64,000 nucleotides of DNA from Tubulanus polymorphus (taxonomy: Eukaryota > Animalia > Nemertea): the NCBI RefSeq assembly GCF_964204645.1, contig NC_134029.1, positions 22,996,950 to 23,060,949 of the forward strand. Reading direction: 5' to 3'. The notes beneath the pieces were generated by a model. The model worked only from the letters and a program-made list of their open reading frames with translations. It was not told the DNA's origin and searched no databases. The position numbers were made by a program, and so were the translations under genes. Shown piece after piece: positions 20,401 to 31,200 of this stretch; the stretch's first letter is position 1, and every line of letters begins with the position of its first letter.

Positions 20401-23400
20401 AGCCTTAGGCCTTTTTAAACACTTGGAGAGCAGATTTTTTCGAGAAAAAAGTGGGAGTGAAGGGAAAGAAATTTTTGAAAAAAATAATTTTTAGGCAAAA
20501 AAAATGTATACCTCGTTTCTGCGCTCTGTAGTTAATTTTAGTCAAATGATGGTAGAAATGAAAATAAAACTATAACTTTTTTGCAATTCATAAGAAAATT
20601 GAGATGAACATAACTTACTACAAGTTACTTCATTAAACCTCAAGAGGGGCGTATCAAAAAATTCCGATGAAAATACACAGCAGGATTTGAAATGAGGATT
20701 TTTGCAGAAATCTGTGAGGCGGATCCATAGTCCAAGTAATTAAGAAAGAAGTCTTTGGGTGATTGTATTTTACAAATTTGAATGAACTGACAGAGTAGTA
20801 GTACACAGTACAAGACTGAGCGTATCAGACATGTGATTGTACGGTATTTCTGTCAGTCAGACATGCGCCTGTCGAGTATCTCGTTGTCGGTAGTCGATGA
20901 GTTTGTTTACCTGATCCACTTCTCGGTGAAGGTCACATGTGTTGACAACATTGACTCTCTCGTTCGTTGCAGAAAATTCAATAAGTGAGTGGGAGAACCC
21001 TGCGTGCGCGACTATAGTGAACGACTCCACTCCGCATTGCTTTCACTGTCTGGAATGCAGTTAATGTAGTCATGATAAACACATTATAACCAACTTTAAT
21101 CATTTTAGAATTTCTAATTCAGACTGTATTCCTGCCGAGTCAATGTCCGTTGATTCTATTTATAAAATACTTGAGTTATTTTTTTTTTTCGAAACTATTT
21201 TTGATATTTTGTTTACATTATCAATTGATGATGGAGAGATTGAACTATATGATAATACCATTTCTAACAACAATAGCTGAAGATATTTAAGACCGCGTGG
21301 GGACTGACCTGCAAAAACCTTGAAATCAGAAAAATATAGAAAAAAACTAGGAAAACTTTACAAATTTTGTGCGGGTTTATCAGTACGTGATTCAATTATA
21401 ATGTTACATTTTAAACCTGGATATATCTCGTGATTCACTCATTCAACTCAGGGAAAACTGGGCTCTGTTTTATGGACTAGCATTAAGTTTAACCTGGAGG
21501 CTAACTTAATTCATTTTCAATTGAGTCACCCCACGGGTTAAAGGTAATACCAGTCTACAAAACCGGGCCCAGGGAAATTATAAATGGCTGAAAAGTGGTC
21601 GCACGCAATAGTTAAAGGAGATCCTTTCTTTTTAAAACTGAAAATCGCTTTAGCGTGGCCGGTAAATAGAAAAATTAATCGAATGATCGTTTCTGATTTC
21701 AGATACGCCCTATTCGTCATCGATAATCAGAATCTATTGGATATTTGGAATTTCACGACTCACCCGAAACTGAAAATCGGCGCAGGAAGTTCGGTTCTTT
21801 TTCAGCTCAATCGAAAACTGTGTAGAAATAAAATCGACGTGCTGATCAACCAACTCGGCTTAAAGGATACGATTACGCCTGAAGATATCTCGTCTAACGG
21901 TGATCTAGTTGCTTGTAAGTGTATTCGTTTGACTGTCTGTGTAGTATACACGTTCTGACGTATTTCAGGTTCTATTTTCGCTTAACCCTTTCAGTGCATC
22001 TACACTGCAGTGCGGTGTATAAATCAGTGATGGATTTTGCTAGTACACTGCATCGCAGTGTAATGATGCAATTAGTAATTATCTCTCGTCAAAAATGGCA
22101 GCACCTGTCAAACATAGTGAAATACTAGTATTTCGGGTTCTATTTTCGCCTAACCCTTCCAGTGCGTCTACACTGCAGTGCGGTGTATAAATCAGTGATG
22201 GATTTTGCTAGTACACCGAACTGCGGTGTATTGATTTAATTAGTAATTATCGTCAAAAATGGCAGCTCAAACAGTGAAATACTAGTAACTAACGATACAC
22301 CGCGCTGCGGTGTAGATGCACTATAGTGGTATTCCCGTTACTCGAAACACTAGGGTGGAATCTTTAAAAATTTTCAAATTATCTCCAGCACTATGGGGTA
22401 TCAATTAGTTAGCACTGAAAGGGTTAATAAAACAGATTATTCATTGATCGTTAGAAATTTCTATCATTTCGAAATATGTTGGAATGAATTTGACTGCGGG
22501 TTGGTTTCTATTTTGAAATGAATCGTTGAACTCATTCGCGATGTTAAGCCTAATTCAGGTCGCATTAGATCTCATGTGACGGTGATGTACGAATCACATG
22601 ATTAAAGTGATCTTGGCCAAATCGGCGACATGTGACATGAGTATTCTTAAGACCGAAGCGCAGACGATCGCATCGGATCTTAGAGCAACCTGAGTTTGGC
22701 TTTGAATATAATTAATATTATTAATATTGAATTTGAATATTAATTTTGGATATTGAAATAGATTTGTCCGATAGACTCGTGAATCAATGCGGGATTCAAT
22801 AAAAAATGAATGAATTGTAACTGATTCACTCGGATAATTTTGTATTATCGCATGGGAATTAGTAAATACGCGGAAGTGGCGCCACCTTGTGTATAGGTAA
22901 TGAAGAGCGGGCTGAAAAGAATAACACAATTATAATTGCAGGCGATTTAGTTAAGTTGAAACTGAAGCTGTTTCGTGCCGGCAGTAATCTAGTCGTTACG
23001 TTTACTAGTTTCAAAACTGCCGACCCCCGTCAGATACTCGGGTACGCGGTACATTTCCGCGAAGCGTAAGTACCGTGTCAACCGCCAGGTGCCGCGCTTC
23101 GTAGTAGTTCCTCCTTCTAACGCCGCGTGGTAAGCACTTTTTGCCATACGTTGAAATTGACCTAGAGTCGGCAGCCTTGAGGAAATCTCTATAGAAATCA
23201 GGATTTAAACATTTAACAGTACCGTAGTGCTACAGCAGTACTCTCATCATCACAGTCAACGAAGCTATTTATTACTTATAGCCTAACCCTAACCTATCCC
23301 ATCATAATGCATAACCTTACCCTAACTCTAAACGCACTACCCTAAATGCTAATCTTTTGCATTTCAAAACACTGCAATTTTGATTTCATCATCGCCCGGT

Positions 23401-25149
23401 CGCATAGCGTATGGCAAAAAGCTATGATAATCGTCAACATAACGTCTCTAACCATCATCATATATGTGCTTTATTATTTACAGGCGATATGAAAGGTATC
23501 AATTTACAGTTAGTTCACAAATACAGTAATATGCTTCTCTTCACGTGGACAAACTATCGCAATCCGGACCAACGTCAATTGTTGGGTTACGTACTTCATT
23601 ACAGAGAGGCGTAAGTTGACCCAATAGCTGGTGTTCATGTGTTGTGTGTTACAGGAGAATGAGATGTTTTTACATTGAAACTGTTTCTGATATTATAACT
23701 GGGTCCTTACGACTCCTTGATTCCTTTAAAAAAAATCCTTCTAGATGGAAAATGCTTTTGAAGGTGCTCGAAACTCCTTTAATTTGAGCAAAATGACAGA
23801 AACTCTTTTAAAACTCCTTTAATTTTGAGAAAAAGACAATTAGATACTTTCAAAGTTGTACATTAGACTACGCCTAAATCGGTATTTAGTTGGAACCAGG
23901 ATCCTTTTGGAACCCAAGTAGGCGGTTCCTGAATTAGAAACTCTGTTTAGGAGTGTAAAGGAAAAAAATCAGCTAAGTAAAACTAATTAATGGTTTACTA
24001 AGATAGAACACATCAATATGACATTGCTGAAATCATCTGATGATTTATTTCTCGACAGTTTTTGAAATAATTTTGTTTCTAGATAATGTTGTTGAACACT
24101 TTCTGCTGCCGTCTATGATTTGATCGGTCCTCGTGGACGTCATCAACATTCCGTCTCATATTTCGCGATCACACGAGCGCAATTCATGTAAATGCAAAAA
24201 GTCGATTGATTTCTAAATCGCGCTAACTAAAACCAAGAGTTGTGTTTTAACAAATTTCATATTCATCATGTGCTTAACATATTGTTATTCATTGAGTTCA
24301 GACACGTATAACCTGCTTCGTAAATGTTGCGTAACTCTTTACGAAATTACTTAATATCTTGGCGTTGCGCGCACAACATTATAATGCCAAATAGCACGAA
24401 TCCAATGCTAATATGAACTTCAATAATTCTGTTTACATAAAAGCTTCATGATTGACGTCATTCATTGAATCTCGAACTGCTCAAAGATTCTCATTATTAG
24501 AATCGATTATTTTTAGCTTCGTTTGTTGTTCGGTTGTATTTGATTTTTGCATCTATTTTTTTGTAGGCCTGAGAAAAATATGACTATATTCAGCGGAAGA
24601 GACGCGTGTGGAACTGAAGTGTTAGTATAGATGATTATATATTTGAGTTTTTATTTCTTTTGAAAGATGGCAGCACCTGTCAAACATGAGATACATCACA
24701 CCTAAGTGGTCTGCCAGCACTTTTGGGAATTGATTACTCGGTGCAGAAATGTTTTTAAATCGTTCTATATTTTTCTATGTTTTTAAATCATTCTATATTT
24801 AGTTGGAAGACGCAGGACGTTCGAGCAGATAATGACAAAACTGCCGACAAACTAGCGACTTTACTGACTGATCTAAAACCATGGACTCAATACGCGATTT
24901 ATGTGGAAACGTACACTACAGCGATGGCTAACGAAGGAGCTATGAGCGAACTTATCTACGTCAAAACATTACCAGAATGTATGTACCATAGTCCGTCGTT
25001 TTTAGATAACAATCCAACGATTGTATAAGAACATTCTTCGCAAAGGACATTGAATATCTAAACTGTGAGGCTGTCTGTGCATAGACCTATGGCATTCTTT
25101 GATGATAAATAATGATATCATATGATATTATAAAATGTGTAAAATATTC

Positions 25150-25238
<89 letters not shown>

Positions 25239-28200
25239 TCTATCTGACAGTTTCTTATGCCTCCCTCCGTTTAAAATGCTAGGTAAATTTTTCAAACAAA
25301 AACTAAATTAAAAACTAAATTTTTTCATTTTAAAACAATATCGTAGCATTTTCAAACATATCGACTACTACAACTACTATTTGAGAGTAGTTTCTACTCT
25401 TTCTAAGCGATCAACTTCTTCCAAAAACATCGAAATACTTTCAAAATCAGAATTATTATTGTAGTTCATTTTCAATTTAAGTACAATTTATGATGTCGAA
25501 TTACTCACATATTTGGTGTGAAGTCTTCTACTATGAGAGATATCTAGTAAAAGAGTCTGGACCGGATTCTTTATCATACATTTTCATGGATATTGTGACA
25601 TTTTCCCTTGTGATTTACGTCGAATGATTAAAAAGCTCGGCGACAATTTCATGTTTTAATAATCGTTGATTTTTCCGCAGCGCCGACTCATCCACGCGAT
25701 CTGAACGTCGAGATGAAAAATCCTGGTGAACTGTACGTGACGTGGTCTCCTCCGCGACATCCCAACGGCAACGTTACTCATTATTTCGTGTATTGGGCTC
25801 CGCAACAAATTGAAGCAGCAGAATTTGATAAAAGAGACTACTGCGTTGACAGTAAGTACGCCCTCCGAAAACCACGATGTGATGAAATTTGAAAATCTGT
25901 GAGAAGTCGGGAAAATTCTTGGAAAATGCTAGAAAAAGATTGTCAGTATTCTTATCCCCTTTTTAAGCCATATACCGTAGCGAATATTATTTATGCGCAA
26001 GCTGTGTAAAAGTTTTAAAAAGTTTTATTCAAATCTACAGATTGTGACGTTTATGTTATTGATCCCTGCAAAAATGAAAAACTTAGAAAAATCTTGAAGG
26101 TTTTTGTGCAGGATGTGAACAATCCTGGTATTTTGGCACGCGTAAAGTGCGATAAAAAGCCAATTTTGATTTTGTAAAAAAAACTTGGAACATGGGAAAA
26201 CCCGTAGTTCAACAATCCAGCTCCTGAGATGAAAATCAAACCGATTCATTTTATCATTTTGTCGTTGACGCTTTTCAGAACTTCGGTTCCCGACTCAAAA
26301 ATCATCGGTCGTCGTCATGAGAGAGAACAAGAAAAACGAAACGACAAACGACGGCGGGCAGACGCAGTGTGGTAAACAGCCGAAGGATATCCATCTCGAG
26401 GAACAAGAAGTGATGTCGCAGATCGCGTTCGAAGATTTTCTACAAAGCGACGTTTACAGGAAACGTCCGACCAACATGACGCTGCAAGGCGGTAAAAATA
26501 ACCCTAAAAGGCGGCATCGCCGTTCGAACTTAGCGATGCCGGCCGACGTCGCGAACGCAACCATGGAAACCTATCCGAACACGACTTACAATCCTAAGGT
26601 CAAGCGGCCGGCGTCTGCTAAACAGGATTACCTCGCGGTGATCGTTTATAACAGACTCTCCGTAGTGATACCGAACTTGAAACATTTCCAGGAATACAGC
26701 ATCGAGGTAATTCATACAGACTATCATTGTTCGTATTGATTGTGTGTGTGGCCACGTATTGAATATAATGATTTATTGATTGACAGGTGGTCGCGTGTCA
26801 AGAGTATGAACCAACCAAAGATACAAAATACTGTAGTAATCGAGCTATCATAACTGCCACTACACTTCCTAATTGTAAGTACTGCCCTATATACTCATCC
26901 TCCCCCGGCAGGGATTCGAACCTGATGGCATTGAGATTGCCACGGCACGAAACCCTGCCATAATCGACCGTGTGCGCAGATACATGCGCAGTTCAGATGA
27001 TGTGATTTTTAGCCAATCAGAAGTCCCGTTTTATTTTAGCCCGGGTTTTCCCATTTATAGTTCTTCCTTGAAATTTATCTCAGCAATTATACAACAAGCA
27101 ATCTGATTGGTGCCGCAAGTTTTTTCGCGCAGCAAAGCTGCGCATGTACCTACGCACCCGGTCTACTGATGCAGGGTTTCGTGCCGTGGCTGAGTGTAGC
27201 GATGCCATCAGGTTCGAGTCCCTGCAGAGGGAGGATGTATATACTCGGATTTGACGAAAATTATTCAGTTTATTTACTTTAATTGACTTAAATTTTGCTA
27301 CAATTTACTTGACTCTAATCTTATATTTGATAAATTCTAATAATTATTTCCGGGAGGATGTGCACTTATCAATGTATCGGGATTAGACTGGTTGCCAGTC
27401 AATTCAGTTCAATTAATCTACATACTCAGATCCAAAATAACTTTATTGATTCTGGATATTATGAATTTATATTATATTATTTTAAGTAATATGTTAATTT
27501 TCAAGGCCTCAATAAACTTTCAAGTCTGATTTCACGTTGATGTTTGTTTTCGTTTAGATAAAGCCGACAACATCGATCAGCGCAATATAACCATTAGCAA
27601 CAATAGTAACGATCAGGGTGTGTTGATCAGGTGGAATGATCCTCTGCATCCGAACGGACTTATTCTTAGTTACGAAATCGAGTATCGTCAACTTAACATC
27701 GGAAATGTGAGTCTATTTTAAACCTCGAAAACCATTACATTCTTCTCAGTGAAATTGTTGAGATCCACCCAGATCTGCATTGAATGATCCTAAATACTTG
27801 TTCAATTGTAAACAACTTGCCATATTAGATAGAAAATCACTTAACACTGGATGGCCTCTTGCTTAGGAAATCGAGAAATCCTCGAGAATTTTGTGAAAAA
27901 AGCTAACATGAGATTGTTAGATGGCATGTGAAAAATCAGTTTCCATCTATGTCTTACATATTTGACTGCGTTAATTGATTGGATTCTTAGAAGATTGAGT
28001 CGGGTAAACGTCGTGCGTGTCGGGGAATAATAGGGGAAAATACGAATGAAAGTGGCCACTCAGTAACAGTCAACAGAATAGACTAATCTCTGAGCACCGG
28101 TTGTCATTTAATCGTTGTTTTCTTGTTCAGATCAAACCGACTGTCATTTGCATTCCGCATAAACAATATCGTAAGAAACGTGGATACAAATTGTCGAATT

Positions 28201-31200
28201 TGCCACCTGGCAATTATACTTATCGTATACGAGCTACCTCACTGGCCGGCAACGGGTCATGGACACAACAGTTAAACTTCTATATCAGAAATCCACTGAG
28301 TAAGTACACGCTCACCGACACCATTTGAAGTCACTAACGATGAAAAATGTTAATCTGAATTTGATGTCAAAGCGGGACTCTGAATGTTTTGAAGTTGTCA
28401 AACCCAGATATACCATTAATGCATGTATGATATGAAAATGTAGAGTGAATGAGGGAAAATCAGGGGTTAATTTCGACTATTCATTCTCAGAAGAAAATAC
28501 CGGGGACAGGCAGGATCAGGGACAGGGATGAATCCCGGAATTTTGAATAGGGGACCTAAAACATCTGATGCCTAGTTGTATACAATATATGCACTTGGTA
28601 GGCCTACATGACTGCAAGCGTTGTAGACATGAAGCCTCTTATGGTGGATTCGGGAGTCCTCCCAAGAAAATCTGGAAAATATTTATCTTTTTCTTAGCAT
28701 CTAGATTGATTCTAGAACAAAATGAGTGGCAATAATTTGCCACTGCATGTGTAACTTGCCGACGAATGGGTGGGTGGAGTGGTCCACTTTCCCCCCTTGG
28801 ATGCACCCTCTCAGAGGCAATGTATCAAGGATTGACTAATTGTATATCAATAATGATGATTTTATTTCACATTTGTAGAGAGTGATGATAAATTCTGGAA
28901 AGAAGAAATTATAGCCTTAGTCTCAACGGCTGTGTTACTTATCATCGTATTAGTGGGTGGATTTTCGTTTTGGTATTTTGCACGAAAAAGGTAACCTTTT
29001 ATTTATTACAGCAGACTTTTGCGCGTTAAAGAATGAAGAATGTTCGAATGTGTGAGCAACGAAGTGAATTTATTTTCAGATCTCATCAACGCATTCCTGG
29101 AATACTGTATTCATCCGTTAATCCAGAATACATGAGAACAGGAGGTTACCGTAAGTATTTCACCATTTCGATCGATAATTTTCAAATAATGCACAAGTAG
29201 TGAAGGAGTGGTAGTAGTTATTCCAAAATAACGTAAACTTCATTTTGAAGTGGTAGTAGTTATTCCAAAATAACGTAAACTTCATTTCGAGAACAACTGT
29301 ATAACTCAACTGAACATTTCATATTTCGGCTATCATCCTGGTAAAAGCGGAAAATGCTTAAGGTTATATTGTTATCCTCATTCACTATATGAAGTTATAC
29401 CAATGGGGTACCGGTACTATTACTGTGGCAAGCAAGTATCTGCCAGTTTCACTTGTTTCTTACAGTGAGAGCAGGAATCCTACAATATTTTATTTTTAAG
29501 GGGTGGCTGATTTTCAGAAGGGTGGATGTAAAAATGAATGGGGTAAAAAAAGTTGTTGTGGTGAACTTTACGTCGAAAATGAACTAATTTTCGCTGCATA
29601 TAACACACTGTATAGTTGCGCCATCTGGTGTGTGCCGGCACCCCCTCGGTTATCCCTATGGATAGCAATAGAAACTTTGTTTCTTTGTTCGATTCAGAAT
29701 ACATAGCAGACGAATGGGAAATTGACCGTGAGAAAGTGAAATTGATACAGGAGTTAGGCCAGGGTTCGTTCGGTATGGTTTACGAAGGCATCGCGAAAAA
29801 TCTTACACAAGACGAAGAATTGACGAAAGTGGCGGTGAAAACGGTGAATCTGAACGCGACGAGTCAAGAGAGAAATGATTTCTTAATCGAAGCCTCCGTA
29901 ATGAAGTAAGTTTATGACTGTGCAGGGGGCGTAGCCAGGATATTGTGCGGGGTTGTTTTTGAAAAAAATACAGACAATGAGATCAGTTTTCAAAGGAGTT
30001 GTAAGGTTTAAAAAGTCCTGAATCTTTTATAATGTGTAAAGAATATATTGGAGACTCAAACATAGCGGAATTGCTAGGATTTTTGGGTTATTCACTCCTG
30101 GTTATGCCCCTCTGTACCGAATAATGATTTCAAATAGATTACTGGGAGTGAGTTGCCACAATAATCAATGCTGTAAGGATAGATTGTTTTCAACCCCACT
30201 GAACTACCTGATTAAACTTTACCTTTGCGTAATTGAAAAAATGGATTGGTTTTTACCCCACTGACTAGCTGATTAAACTTAATTGTAAGACTTGGACTTT
30301 TTAACCCCACTGACTAGGTGATTGAACCTTTGCATAATTGTGAAAAAAATGGATTGCTTGCTACCACATTGACTGGCTGATTAAACTTTACCATTGCGTA
30401 ATTGTAAAGAATGGATTGTTTGCTTCTCCATTGACTTGCTAATTAAACTTTACCATTGCTGTCATTACAAATATTTCATAGAAATTGCTTCGGTCAGGTT
30501 ATAGGTCTAGAGGTCTGGTACTGATAGGTTATAGAGGTCATGTACTGATAGGTTATAGAGGTCTGGTACTGATAGGTTATAGAGGTCCTGTACTGATAGG
30601 TTATAGAGGTCCAGTACTGATAGGTTATAGAGGTCCTGTACTGATAGGTTATAGAGGTCCTGTACTGATAGGTTATAGAGGTCCAGTACTGATAGGTTAT
30701 AGAGGTCCTGTACTGATAGGTTATAGAGGTCCTGTACTGATAGGTTATAGAGGTCCTGTACTGATAGGTTATAGAGGTCCTGTACTGATAGGTTATAGAG
30801 GTCCTGTACTGATAGGTTATAGAGGTCCTGTACTGAAAGGTTATAGAGGTCCAGTAGTCACTGGTAAACAATTACCATAATAGTTAATGAAATCTTAAAT
30901 CTATATGCTCATTTGTTTTATATGAAAATATTTGCATGGATGATTATCTTTTTTGTTTTCAGGGCGTTCAAGTGTAGCCACGTTGTAAAGTTACTAGGCG
31001 TTTGTTCAATAGGTGAACCGACGTTAGTTGTTATGGAACTTATGCCTAACGGTGACCTCAAAAACTTCCTACGATTGCATCGACCCGATGAACTGGTTAG
31101 TGTTCCTCTGACTATCAAAAAATGATTTCAGCAAAATGAACAACAGCCAATTGTAATCCTGATAATAGAAACGATAATTTATGCATCAATGAGTTATTCA

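Noticed and set aside
22558-22690. Possible third copy of the FnIII-1 alternative exon
   Set aside because: In-frame stops and no similarity to exons A or B; the same applies to the acceptor-like site at ~24081.
23270-23355. cctaaccctaac telomere-like motifs between the alternative exons as distal branch points
   Set aside because: Degenerate and typical of TE relics; intervening AG dinucleotides argue against a distal branch point.
30485-30880. ORFs with GYRGPVLI / YQYRTSIT repeats, superficially a repeat protein or CRISPR-like array
   Set aside because: Pure 24-bp minisatellite in an intron with no unique spacers.
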